Assembly: GCA_004764695.1 (NCBI GenBank)
Contig: SMSO01000037.1
Location: 4,874,747-4,938,746 of the forward strand
Direction of reading: 5' to 3'
Source of the DNA: Schizochytrium sp. TIO01
Lineage: Eukaryota > Protista > Bigyra: Labyrinthulomycetes
DNA length: 64,000 bases
Shown: piece by piece, positions 1 through 12,115 of the stretch
Layout: each line of letters begins with the position of its first letter
Position numbering within the stretch: the first letter of the stretch is position 1
Program-made: the position numbers and the translations under genes
Notes under the pieces: model-generated
Database searches by the model: none
Seen by the model: only the letters and a program-made list of their open reading frames with translations
What the model was told of the DNA's origin: nothing

Positions 1-2538
1 ATCCAGACACTCCCGATGTCCAAATTGCGTCGTGCAATTGGTGCAGGCGGCGGCGGTGGCGGCGGTGGCGGCGGCGGTGGCGATGGCGGCGGCGGCGGCG
101 GCGGTGGTGGTGGTGGTTAATAACAACGCTGTGTCGATCTATCCATCCCTATGGACCTTTAAGTATCCCTTCGTCTTCTTCAGCTTACATCTACAAAAAT
201 TTACATTTTGTCAAGTCTTCTGGACCCAAGTTCTTATAAATCTTGACACAACTAGAAATATAATCATAAAACAAAATTTTAACATCAAAGCATTCTCCTC
301 CTCCTTCTTTCCTGGAAGTATTATCATCAATAACCAAGAAGGAAGACATATTTTTTGAACGTAGGAGCTAGAAGGTTTACCCTTGGTATGTGTAAGATGA
401 TGAAGAGGTGCGGCAGGCAAATTGAACAAACCATAATAGCTGTGTTCGTTCAAGAGCACGAATGATCATATCCAGGAGTTATACAGAACGAAATGCGTGC
501 GCGGGATCTTTCTTTCAATACATACAGACGGTCGAGGAGACTTTGTTGATAAGTTTTATCAGATTTCAGGTTGCGAAGGATTCATATACTAGCATGAAAC
601 TTTAAAGTCAAATAAATAACGAGTCTTTTCTGTGACGAAAATGTAGCGATTGGTATGCCAAATCACCTGATGTTTGATACTACATCCGCATTATATTAAT
701 AGCACATATGCGAGCCGAAGCATGAGTTTTCCGTCATGCTATGAATCGGTTACCTTACTGTTGATATTTTGTTGTTACAGCCTTTATATTGCAATACGAG
801 CCCTGTGCAAATAAGAAGACAGTGCTTTGCGTCTATGCAGGATATTAACCACTGAGTCCCTTTGACCGCTGGATCTGGAACACGAAAGATCGAAGTCAGA
901 TTTTCTCATATCCTGCACGACTCAGAAACCCCCGCCCCATTTGCATGATCAAGACAGGTTGAACAATTACATAGCTAGCCAGAAATGTCATACAATCTCG
1001 TGAACGAATGTGGCATTTTTCGTGGCATAAGATATTGATCCTCCGAAGGTATAGGTACGCTTAAATATATAATGCCACTTGTACAAACACCTTTGCTGAC
1101 AAAAGATCCAGGGTGCTTCTCTCTCTGCCTTCATCACTCTCGTTACGCAACTAGAGAAGAGAGTTTAACTATTTTAAATTCAAGCAGGCTTAGCTCTGTT
1201 CAATACGAGCAATGATGACTTAGTTTCATCGACTTGAAGCCCTGGAAATGGTAAGTTGTAAAACTTCTAGCTAATTTTCTACAAAGCCATACCAAGAGCA
1301 CTAGATAGTGCTGCTACATACTTCCTGAAGGGAATCTCTGTTGGAATGATGTTGCTAAAATTCCTATCTACCTACTGTTGCTGCTCATATTACTATCTGG
1401 TGATTCATCAAGACATTTTTGCAAAGCACAGTGGTCGCTCCTTTACTCCAAAACCAGTTGCATTAGTAGGTAGCTACTTACTACATTGCAGCGTTTTCTC
1501 GTCTCCGTCCTGTAGAAGTCGTATCTGCCGTCGTCTCAAATTTCTCCTATGATCCATACCTGATCAAATTGCTCCTTCGTTATCCCAATTCTGACAATTT
1601 CCAACAAAATGCATGCATGAAATTCGATGCCAAGACAATGATCTCATTACCCGTAAAGAAAGAGCATCAATACGTGCAAATGAAATAAAATCCCACACAT
1701 GAAAGCTCCCAGTGCTTTTTCAAAATCCTCACCGACCAGCAAGAGCACCAGCCAAATGTCCTCCAGTTCTTGCTTTCTGTGCAAATTCCTCTCGACATCA
1801 TCTCACATCTCCTACTATATGATGATGGCCTCCGCGCCAGGTTACCCCTTCGAGTTGACACCTTGTCCCATTCTCCATATAACTACCCTAACCCTACCCT
1901 CCCGCGGCCCCTAGTACCTTTCTATATTGTGGGAACGCGGGGATCACCCCATTGGCTGGCGGCGGAGCGTGTGGATTTGCAGGTTTTCTATGCGTAATGA
2001 GGGGTAATGCGGGGAACTCTTATTCTGGGTGGCAGGAATTAAGAGAAAAGAAAGAATAAAGAAAGCAAAAAGAATGGCTGAAGGGGGTCCTGGTAGTGCG
2101 CAGGTAAGGTCTCTTAGGCGGTCTGTGAAGGAGTTCTGCTCCTAATGCCAAGGTTGTGATTATTGGTTTATAATGTTGTATGGGTAGGGGTAATTAGGTG
2201 TCTCGTAGTCTTGGGTTTCTTTTCATTTTCCTTTATTTTGCTTTCCTATTATGGGTAAAGAGGTTAACTATGGCGTCTCGTGAGAGGCCTAGTCCTGTGG
2301 TTTTGCGTAGGAGGCCACTAGCCTTAGTTCTTGGTGGCGGCGGAAGCAGAGTGTCTAGGGAGATATAGAGGTGATATGGAGCGTAAGTAATATAGAGGAG
2401 TAATATAATATAATTGCTTGGCTTAGGTAGCGGAGCAAACAAAGCACTTCTTGTTCGTTTGCGGCACGGCGTCGCGAACCCCTTACTCGGACCCGCTCAG
2501 CAGCAGTTGTAGGCTCGTGCTCCACCCCCTCGGTCAAG

Positions 2539-3027
2539 ATGCCTCACTCGTTCGGTAAGAAGGCGCGGACGCGCGACATGTTCTCCAAGCCCTTCCGGCG
2601 GCAAGGAGAGCCCGCGCTGTCCAAGTACCTCATCACCTACCGCGTGGGTGACATCGTGGACGTCAAGGCCGACTCCTCGATCCACCGCGGTATGCCCCAC
2701 AAGTACTACCACGGTCGTACCGGTGTTGTCTACAACGTGACCAAGTCCTCCGTCGGCGTTGAGATCGTCAAGCCCGTCAAGCACCGCCTCATCCGCAAGC
2801 GCATCAACGTCCGCATCGAGCACGTCTCCCCCTCCCGCTCGCGCGAGAACTTTCTCCAGCGCGTGAAGGAGAACGACGTTGCCTCCAAGAAGGCTAAGGA
2901 GACTGGCGAGCGTGTCACCGAGACCAAGCGCCTCCCCGCACAGCCCAAGGCCGGCTACGAGCTCGAGATCACCGAGGCCAATGCCCCGGTCACCATGCGC
3001 CCCCTCAAATTCGACTACTACATTTAA
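2539..3027 (+). CDS. RPL21: 60S ribosomal protein L21 (eL21)
   Basis: 162 aa with eL21 signatures (RTRDMFSKPFR, YRVGDIVDVKAD, GMPHKYYHGRTGVVYNVT, KRINVRIEHV, LPAQPK). Strong C/G-ending codon bias. Start context GTCAAG-ATG. Confidence 0.98.
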   Translation: MPHSFGKKARTRDMFSKPFRRQGEPALSKYLITYRVGDIVDVKADSSIHRGMPHKYYHGRTGVVYNVTKSSVGVEIVKPVKHRLIRKRINVRIEHVSPSRSRENFLQRVKENDVASKKAKETGERVTETKRLPAQPKAGYELEITEANAPVTMRPLKFDYYI

Positions 3028-3197
3028 GTGTGTGGTTTATTCACTTACCTTTTTTGCATTCAAATTTCTTCTCACTCCATCGTTTTCTTGGTTGGTCGAT
3101 GGTTTTGTTGCCCATTCGCTCACTTTCCTCTCATTCACACATTGGTCCCATCTTCGTTCATTCATCCTTTCCGGGTTCTTTCTTCGTTTATGGCTGA

Positions 3198-3992
3198 TCA
3201 TTCATGATTTGTCATCTGTGGTTCATCTAACACATCTACGGGAGCTTCTTCGACTGTGTTCAATCCTGCATTAGCAAGTTGGACTTTCAGAGTTCTGCAT
3301 CTACGAAATTTTCGTAAGAGAATTTTCGTCAGTGCAGTTGTTGCTGTTGTTGTTCTTCCGTGGAGATGTCTGAGAATCATGAGGACAAAGCCAAATTGAT
3401 GCAAGGGATGCTTATGTTCGAGACCCGTGGAGTTTATAATGTTGGTGGATGTCTTGAAATCTTGTTTGTTTATTGCTGTATGGTCTAGCTTGTCAGGCAG
3501 AGCTTGTACATCGTCGCCTGTCATGCAAAAGGAATTTACAGTACTTGATTCCGTCTTGTTTACTCTTCGAGGAATGCCTTCTGATGCAGCCCATTAAGTG
3601 CTGTCTCGTTGTTGGATCTCTAACACTGGTGTGAAGTTGAGTGGCATCTTGAAAAAAATGTTCAACACCCCTTTTTCCTTCCCTTCAAACTTTTTAGATG
3701 TTGACGGTAACTTCATCCGTGCTTCTTGTATCTAGCGTATCTAGATCTCGCTTGATGGCGGATGTGTACGTGGTTCTTGTCTATAGCATGCTGTGAATAC
3801 TGCATCTCCTTATTGTTGAGGCAAACTTGGACTCGTTGCACTGAGTGTTGCCCTTGAATTACTCCTTCCCTCTTCTATCATATGTTGAAGTTTCTGGACT
3901 TGCCAATACAATTCTTGTTCCCAAACAAGTTTTGACTTGCTCTGCTCACATATGACTGTGATATCTTCTGACCCAAATGCTTGCTTTATCAT
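3198..3992 (-). pseudogene. Possible decayed reading frame
   Basis: ORFs 3810-3992 and 3198-3524 share a frame and are joined by 95 codons. The ~265 codons contain four internal stops (TAA, TAG, TAG, TAA). Confidence 0.3.
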
Positions 3993-4783
3993 ATTGTAAA
4001 ATATACTTGATTATCAAAATGTGATATCCTTGAGATGTGAAGTTCATCTGTTCGATACATGCGTTTTCAAGGTACAAGTGCTTTTTCGACTTTAGACTAA
4101 CAAGAAACATAAAGTATGTTGGTATTCATTCCCCTTTCAGCAAAAATTAGAGATTAAGAATATACGGTTTCGAGCATGGTAGATATAACTCGAAGCAGTG
4201 ATCTCTGGAAACTTGATTATCTCTAGCAGATATCTCGCTCTAAAGTCATTAAGTTAAAAAAAATAAAAATATTCGTTTTACTACTGATACAAGAGAATCA
4301 AGTGTCGAGCTGAGCACGATCTACAAATGTATAAAAGTGAATATTAACGACAATAGACTCTTAGGTAGCATAGCAAGCAAAGCAATATCTTCTCTTATCA
4401 TTTGTTTGAAAGGCGACGAAGAAAAATGTGTCGAGGCTGAATGCCAAATCCAACGATTGCATCTTCTTGGACAACTTACTCTAAGATTTTGTAAAAATCA
4501 CAAAAGATTTTCAAAAGTAATGATAAAAAGAAAAGAATAACTAATGCATTTTGGAGTTCGAATATACTTGCTCTATACACAAGCATGCGCTTGAGACTAT
4601 GACGACTAAAGGAACTCTAGCTCCTGGAGGAGACAAACAGAGTTTATATTTGCTATCAAGAAGCATTGGAAATAAACAAACACTTGGAGATAGAATCCCC
4701 ATGACTGTGCTTAGAATTGAATAACACGGCGGGGGGAGGCGAAGGACAGAATATTTGTCAAGCAGCGCCAACGTTATTCACCC

Positions 4784-5470
4784 TTACTTGGAGCGCTTGA
4801 GAAGCTTATCAAGAAGTTCATCGTTGAGTTCATTGAGGGACTCCAACGTGGCATCAGTAAAGGCATACCGCGGCAGGTCAGACTCTGACACAATACGCTT
4901 GTCTGGCACCGTAACACAGAACATACGGGCAGCCTTTGCAGCCAGAGCCCCTGTTACAGAGTCCTCAAAAGCAAGGCACTTTGTAGCTTCAACTCCCAAA
5001 AGGTCTGCCGCACGCAAGTACACGCCAGGGTAGGGCTTGCCAAGCTTGTCATGTGCAGCAGAGCAAACGTGCTCAAACTTATCTGTGATGCCGAGACCGA
5101 TGAGCGCTGCTTGAATAACTTCCATAGGGGAGGAAGATGCGACTGCGAGGGGGAGGCCCTTGCTCTTACAGAATTCGAGGGCGTGCATAAGACCTGGCAT
5201 AGGCTTGGCACCACCGGATTCGAGCTTAGACACCATAAGATCAATCATCTCCTGCGTAATCTGAGCCGGATCGGTGCCAGTGAGACCGTGTTTCAAAGCG
5301 TGGTGCTTTGCAATTTCATCGATGCGAAGCCCAAGGGTCTCGATGCAGTTTGCTGTAGTTAGAGTTACTCCATAACGTGCAAAGACCTCAATTTCTACCG
5401 TATGCCAAACTGGTTCACTATCGAGCATGAGCCCATCCATGTCAAACACAGCTGCTTTAATCTCCAGCAT
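4784..5470 (-). CDS. HAD-superfamily IA sugar/hexitol-phosphate phosphatase, YniC/HxpB-like
   Basis: Motif I FDMDGLMLDSEP, motif II VASSS, motif III KPYPGVY, motif IV FEDS. Also carries TLGLRID and AKAARM segments recalled from E. coli YniC. Start context GGCAAG-ATG. Confidence 0.93.
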   Translation of the reverse strand: MLEIKAAVFDMDGLMLDSEPVWHTVEIEVFARYGVTLTTANCIETLGLRIDEIAKHHALKHGLTGTDPAQITQEMIDLMVSKLESGGAKPMPGLMHALEFCKSKGLPLAVASSSPMEVIQAALIGLGITDKFEHVCSAAHDKLGKPYPGVYLRAADLLGVEATKCLAFEDSVTGALAAKAARMFCVTVPDKRIVSESDLPRYAFTDATLESLNELNDELLDKLLKRSK

Positions 5471-7089
5471 CTTGCCGACAGATATTATTCCTCAACCTTT
5501 ACGTGAAGCGATACCTCTTCTCTACAAAAAGCTCACGCACAGTGTCAGGCTATCAAAGCCTTAGTTCTTCAATCCCTCGCTGTGAATCTTAAATTCCCAA
5601 ACTGTTCTTGCCAGAAACCTCAATCGTTGACGCGCCATACGGATTGATTGCATCATGCTCTGTTTTTCTTTTCTTTAAAAGAGAAAGAAAAGGGCATTTG
5701 AAGTGTACAACTTATTCCAATAGGCTATTCTAAAGCCTCAAATCAAACAAACCTTCACACACAGTAGAACAAATCAATCTATAGCCTCGGACCGAAAACA
5801 AATCATTCAGAAAACCATTTCAAATACAATTAATTACCTACGCCTACAACAGTTCCTGGAGTGCTACCTTGACACCTAGTAACTCATAGCCCCATAGTTT
5901 TCTCCCGCCTTATAGGCGACGTATCTCCTTTTCGCCCGAGTATACCCCATACCCCCCCTCTTACCAATACTACCACTGCGTGGGGGGGCATCATGGGTGC
6001 CTCAGAATAATAGGGTGCCGAGCTAACTAGCTACTACTAGAGGCTACCACATAATGTCCCTAGTTGGAGAGTCAGTAGTGTTAGTCCTAGATTACTGGGT
6101 AGACAGCCCCTCCTATTCGGGTAACCTTGGGGTCCAAAAGTTTTCTGAGAGCAGGATTACTAGGATCTAACGACCTAAGGGCTTTGTAGAAGAGGCTAAG
6201 GGGATAAGTGCTATTAAGGAAAAGCATAGGAGGGAGGCACTTTAAAGTAGTCTACATGAGTTTAAATAACTTGCGCAGGGAACGTAAGAAAATGATGGGT
6301 CAAAGGGACCTCAGGAACATCGTCGCTGGGCACGGGGTGGCGGCGGAAGGAAACCAAAACTCTACTCTCCAACTGAGAAGCCTTCCCCGGTGCTCTGCAG
6401 CCCTCTTGCCTTTGGCTTCTCGCTGGCTTGTGGTGCGAGAGGGAGGGGCTCTCGGTTTACACGCCACGGTGCAACTGCCATCGCTGTTCTTTGGACGCTG
6501 TTCGAGGAAATTGTGGCTTGGCGAAGGCGTGTTGGAGGCCTGCAGGGTGTCGGGTTAGAAGAAGAGGTGTAGCACGGAAAGCTGGGAAGCTTCTAGAGTC
6601 AAACTCTGGGCGTATTCAAGCTGGCACCTGCGAACGTGCGAAGTCCGGAAAAATCTGGTTTTGCAGGCCGCTCTCAAGAAGCCAGGAAAGTGGATCGCGA
6701 AAAGGATTACCTCAAGAACGCTCTCAAAATTCTCTTCTACTAGGAGATAGGTGCAGTGTGTCCAAGGATAAGACCAGGTGGATTGCAGGGGCCATTGGCA
6801 AAACTTAAAGTCAAGGGCGCGTGATAGAGGTTTCCATTTTCACTGCTTTGCTTAGTCATTTGTTTTTCGAAGAGAACTTGGCGTAGTCTGGAGGCGGGAT
6901 TTCTACTAGCAGCAGCAGCAGAACAGTAGTACAGAGCAGCATAGAGGACCACCACCAGCAGCAGCAGCAGCACTAAAAGCTCGTTGCTTTCTGTTTGAAT
7001 TACCCGAGGGAGAGAATAAGGGAAAAGGGTAAGGAAGACAGGGACTTTAAAACTGAGGTGACGGAGACAAGCTAATATTAAAATAAAAG

Positions 7090-9513
7090 ATGCCGCCCGT
7101 CAAGACTCGATCATCTTCGCAAGATAGATTTAGAGAGCTTGACCGTCGCGTGGAAGAAAAGGAGGCAGCCTTCGCCAAGTTAAATAAAAGAGTGGCTTAT
7201 ACTAATCCTGATGGCGATGTGCATCATGGAATTGTGAAGCATGTCAACAATGGAAAATCAGGTCCTCGAATCAGGGTTGAATTCGAATCAGGAGAAAGCA
7301 TGACCTTGAATCATAATGATGAGAATCTTAGATTTTCGGAAGCAACGAAGGAGCAAGACAAGACACCCGTTAAAGGCTCAGCAGAAGCAGTGGTCGCGCT
7401 TTGCGAAGCTCTATCCAATTTCAAAGCTACGGAAGAAGAAACGTTTCAGAGTTCTGCGGATGTCTCACGTGGGTCGCGGGCAGACAACAAGCTATCTGTG
7501 AACCGTGTAGCTCGGAAACCAGATCTCTCGCGGTTTCTTCCAAAATTGCCTTCCACAATTCTGCCTCAACCAGTAGGCGCACAAACAACAGAAAACGGTG
7601 AAGTCAAGGTCCGCGAGATAACTGCTAACTCCGTAAAATCTGCACTCCAGGCCAGTGTTGAATTAACTGGTGCACGACCAGTTGAAGTTCAGCATACAAT
7701 AACTGCGCTCCAAATGCTTTATAACTTCTCTCAATCAAAGTGTACAGCGAGATTCCCTGGGAAGAACCAAATGTATGAGTTTCAAACCTCAATAATGGAC
7801 TTGCTTCTTCAAAGCGGCGATCGATCTATCCAACTGTTGGAACAAATTCAATCAGAGTTAGAAAAGGCCAAGAAACACTCACGTTCAAATTCACAAGGTG
7901 ACGATGAACTGTTAAACAGCCTTTCAGACTATTCTGATGGCGAGGAGTTTTCGGACGACGAACTACGAGAGCATCAGCAACGCAGAAAATTCCGTAAGCT
8001 AAATGATACATCTGAGGAGGGTTATGCGTTCATGGGATCTGAAGATGCAGTTCGCGGAGAGGTGGCTCTTCTGCTGCAAGAATGGCGCACAATTCTTCCC
8101 GAGGCTTGGAAACCAAAGTCGACGTTGTATCTCGTGCTTTGTCTACAATCTGTATTGAAGGTTTTGGGCTCTATCATAAACTTGCCAAAAGCATCTACTG
8201 GACGAGCCATGTGCAATTTGATTGGTATGCTTCGCTGCGGGGCAATTGCAGTGCAACATGTATCAGCAGTTGTGTACATGGATGCATGTAAACAGGCTCT
8301 GCAATCCAGTATGGGCGTTGTGGCTTCCTTTTGTGTTCTTGAGGATCTTAAAGGACCACATTTCATGAAGCGGCACATTGGCCTTCTCGTACAAACCTAT
8401 GTAGGGTTTCAACAAATCTGGGAAGTGCTTTCAACTTATCTCAAAAGACACAAGCTGACTCAGGAGCAACTAATGTTTTACAAAGAGGTGCGGATAGTTC
8501 TGGAGCAAATCTGCGACTCCACCAGACACCTTTTCAAGGGCCTCGCTCTCGGAATTGGCATGCATGCTTTTGAGTTTACGACAAGGGAGAGCTATCGCAC
8601 GGACCTGAGTGAGGATCTAGAAGTAATTTTCTCTAGAATTCCACCTCCCTCTGTGTTGAGCAAGTTAGGCTTTAAAAGTGATTCCAAACAACAGAGTGAT
8701 CTTGTGGAAGCAAAGTATGAGCTACTTTCAGTGGCTGACCAACTCCTCCAAAAGCACATTGGCACTCATAAGAGTGCGCTTACGAAAAGCCTACCAAAAT
8801 TAATTGATACTCACATCAAGCTCGGCAAGGTTGAAGAACTTTGCGAGTTAAACCTTTCAAACTTTGATTCTTGGTCAAAGAGTGACGACTGGAGTAAGCT
8901 CGTTGAAGTTTGTTGCGTGCTTTCTTTTGTTGATATTACACAGCGCAGTGCAATCCGTAAAATATTGCTTGCCCATGCTGAGAAGGCTGAGTCGAAGCCA
9001 AAGTCTTTACCTCCAAAGTCAGATTCTGTCAAGGGAAACCTCCAAGACAAACAAAAGACACGAAAAGTAAATGAAGAAAAGAAGCCAAACGCAAAACGAG
9101 CAAGGACGCCAGAATCAAAACAAGGAAAAACAACAAAGCAAGAACTTCGTAAATTTATGCTTGTCAAGTGTAATCGCGAGGAAGACATCCCTGCAAAATT
9201 GGAAATCCCATCCGATAATACAATAGTGCTTGTTGGGCGAGCAAAAGAGTGTGATCTCCGTTTTGTTGGCCAGCGCGATGACAAACAACTGCTGACTATC
9301 TCACGCAAGTGTGCCGAGTTTTCATCAGATGGGACTTCATGCAAAATTGTTGTCACCTCCACCTTTCCGCTTCTGCTGAACGGTCGAAGGTTAGACAAAA
9401 ATTCTAATCCAACTTTCCTTGAGTATGGGGATAAGGTCAGGTTTTGCAAAAATAAGGGTAAGCGTACCTTTGAATATCAATTGTGGGACACTGACCTTGT
9501 TGGAAAAAAATAG
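7090..9513 (+). CDS. Large protein: N-terminal Tudor-like barrel, central helical region, C-terminal FHA domain
   Basis: 807-aa ORF. C-terminus VLVGRAKECDL...ISRKCAEF...LLNGRRL...LEYGDKVRF fits an FHA fold. Basic NLS-like linker PNAKRAR. Residues ~33-82 resemble a Tudor/SH3-like barrel. Confidence 0.88.
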   Translation: MPPVKTRSSSQDRFRELDRRVEEKEAAFAKLNKRVAYTNPDGDVHHGIVKHVNNGKSGPRIRVEFESGESMTLNHNDENLRFSEATKEQDKTPVKGSAEAVVALCEALSNFKATEEETFQSSADVSRGSRADNKLSVNRVARKPDLSRFLPKLPSTILPQPVGAQTTENGEVKVREITANSVKSALQASVELTGARPVEVQHTITALQMLYNFSQSKCTARFPGKNQMYEFQTSIMDLLLQSGDRSIQLLEQIQSELEKAKKHSRSNSQGDDELLNSLSDYSDGEEFSDDELREHQQRRKFRKLNDTSEEGYAFMGSEDAVRGEVALLLQEWRTILPEAWKPKSTLYLVLCLQSVLKVLGSIINLPKASTGRAMCNLIGMLRCGAIAVQHVSAVVYMDACKQALQSSMGVVASFCVLEDLKGPHFMKRHIGLLVQTYVGFQQIWEVLSTYLKRHKLTQEQLMFYKEVRIVLEQICDSTRHLFKGLALGIGMHAFEFTTRESYRTDLSEDLEVIFSRIPPPSVLSKLGFKSDSKQQSDLVEAKYELLSVADQLLQKHIGTHKSALTKSLPKLIDTHIKLGKVEELCELNLSNFDSWSKSDDWSKLVEVCCVLSFVDITQRSAIRKILLAHAEKAESKPKSLPPKSDSVKGNLQDKQKTRKVNEEKKPNAKRARTPESKQGKTTKQELRKFMLVKCNREEDIPAKLEIPSDNTIVLVGRAKECDLRFVGQRDDKQLLTISRKCAEFSSDGTSCKIVVTSTFPLLLNGRRLDKNSNPTFLEYGDKVRFCKNKGKRTFEYQLWDTDLVGKK

Positions 9514-12115
9514 GATTGTTGATCAGCGTATGTATACCCAAATATCTTGACTGGCATTTTCCCTACCCTTTCTTTAATTTCTGATTTTCTACACACTTCT
9601 TTCTGCAAGGTATTGCGTGCTCTATCTTTAGAAGACAAAATCATCTTATTTACCTTGCTTACCTACTAAGTGGTCTTTTAGATCGCGAGCTGATGGTAAC
9701 ATGTAAATTTACCTGATTTGGGGGGGCTCAAGATAATATTAGGGCGACTGTGCTGCGATAACTTATGTTCTGGTATATTTAAAATAGGAAGTTACATTTT
9801 GTTTTCTTCAATGTCTTCCAGGACCTTAATGCAAAGGACGGAAGCGAGGGCCTGCACAAAGACTATTTTTTCCTTGCAAATCACAGTCAAGAGGGAAAGC
9901 CCTGCCAGCGGCAGGATGTTGAGGAGAATGTTGCAAGACATCAGCCCACCAAGCTGTGTACCATGGCATAATAATTCTGCGTGCTGTCAAGCCACAGCAC
10001 GAAGCTTCAAGTGCTTGGTTTACATGCAAACTAAAATATGTTCGTTCATGAACATTTCTAACCCGCAGTAGTAACATGCTTGGGCTTATGCTGAAGTAGT
10101 TCTACGCTCACGTTCTTTTTACAATATTGAATGTGCACGACTCTGGAAATATTATCACAGGCACTGCAAGTCGATTGTGGAAAACACCCACGTATCACTT
10201 TCATTTGATATTTTACCCAAGCGATTAAAAAAAAAAGAACAAAATTTCAGATACATTGTTTGTTGTGCGGAGCTTTCAAAGTCAAATGTTCGAAGAATAT
10301 CTCATCAAAGACCCAACACGCACATACGTGGTCAGCTGCTGCGTTTAAGCTCTGCTCCGAAGGAATATGGCACCAAGAGCAGCCTAACATCCAGAGATTT
10401 GTCCTACATAATATCATTTAGAATACCTGGGCAACTGTATTCACCCCACTTATCTCAGAGAGGAGGAATTCAAGTTGCATGGAGGTGCCTCTGTACAAGA
10501 TTATGATGAAAGGTTATTGACCTAAAAATACAATCTCTAATTTGAATACCACGATGAGGCAATGGTCAGCCTATGCAATGTAATAACTAACACCTGCCTG
10601 TACTTCACCCAGGGAAGCACACAAAAGTGTTTCACCACTACTACTATTTGAACCACCTAAACTTGTCTGAAAAGCAATACTCGCAAAAGCACGTGCAAAC
10701 TACGTGTATGCAACCCGACCCATAGCAATCCATAAATCATCACTGCGGCAACCATTTACCCAATACTGTGAAGAGTCATTCTGAGATTCAAGGCAGAATA
10801 GTCTTCTACTCCTCGATCTACGTTTGATTCTCCGCCGAGCAGCCGTTGTCGCGAATTGTCGTAAAAAAAGGCCAATCATTTTATCTTACCCTGTCTATCT
10901 GCTACGATGAGAGATTGTTTGGGAGTACCTACTTGGAATTGCTCGAAGTTATATTAATGCTCTCGGGTTCCCCAGACATCTCGACACCCGGCTTGCTCCT
11001 GAAAGAGCAGCCTGCCAGAAAGGACGATAACTACCAGATGCCCAAGCCTTTATCAGAGAACTTAAATATACACGAGGCAAGTTGTTCAAGTACTTGAGCA
11101 ACCATTAGCGCTAGCCGCACCTACGTGATGTTGGCGCATCGCTGCGTTGTACTACTGGTGTCTTCAATAAAGTTGGCAACATAGAGAAAGGCCGTGTGTC
11201 GCTAATGCCTTGCTTGCTAAGTAGGTACCAACCAAGCTTACCTAGTTTCTTTTTTACAAGGAAGTCTGGCATTGACGACCGAGCTTCAACACTATCGCAG
11301 AAGTTAGCGAAGGACGGTCAGCGTGTTGACATACCCACTCAATCATAAAAGCCTACAAATTGCTCGTTCAATCATCCAATGCGGAGAGAAGTGCAGGTGC
11401 GAAATCTGTCAGGCTGAATCAATAGGCAGATCCAAGGGTGATGCAAAGAAATGGGTCAGGCTGCACATGGTTAAAAACTCCCCCACCTGATTCATGTTAT
11501 GCTAGGGAAGTAAACTCATTTGTCTGCGTCACTGTCAGTGTAGAGAAAAGTCCCATGAACTTGTAGCTGGATGGATGCCACGGTGTTGATGTTTTGTATC
11601 GTCGTGCAGCGATTTACAAACAAACGAGACTCAAGAGGAAAACAAATCAGCAGCACCACTTGTAGCTAGCTACTAGCTGCTAGCTAGCTAGTAGCTATAT
11701 CTCGCTGCCTACCAAGTGCATCTCGTCAATGAGAGGAACTTACTTCCCTGCAATTCCATTAAAGTGCGGAAAAACAAGTAAGTAAATGCATATATAAGCT
11801 GCCACAGCAAATCCCAGGTGCAGGATACACTCATCACCGGCAGCATACGCACTACCTACAGAAATCAAACACCGGCTGACTTTTGCATTCGCCATCCGAG
11901 CAGGCTGTTAGAGGTAATCGAAATTCATCTCGCGGATGAATTCTACCCCTCTGCTGAACAACTCCAAGGCCTTCATTTCATGCAATGATCGCCACCTTAG
12001 CAATGAAAAGAAGACAACACAATGGCAATGATAGCACTGGGCACCACTTAGGCAGTACTGTAGAGTGCCTCAAAAACACACTGTAGCACTACGAGCTATG
12101 TACGTAGGACGGTAA

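Noticed and set aside
1886-1900. CCCTAACCCTACCCT telomere-like sequence
   Set aside because: Only one exact CCCTAA; explained by the local C-rich skew.
6208-6973. Several overlapping short ORFs upstream of the FHA gene
   Set aside because: No frame is convincingly coding; may be leader or decayed sequence.
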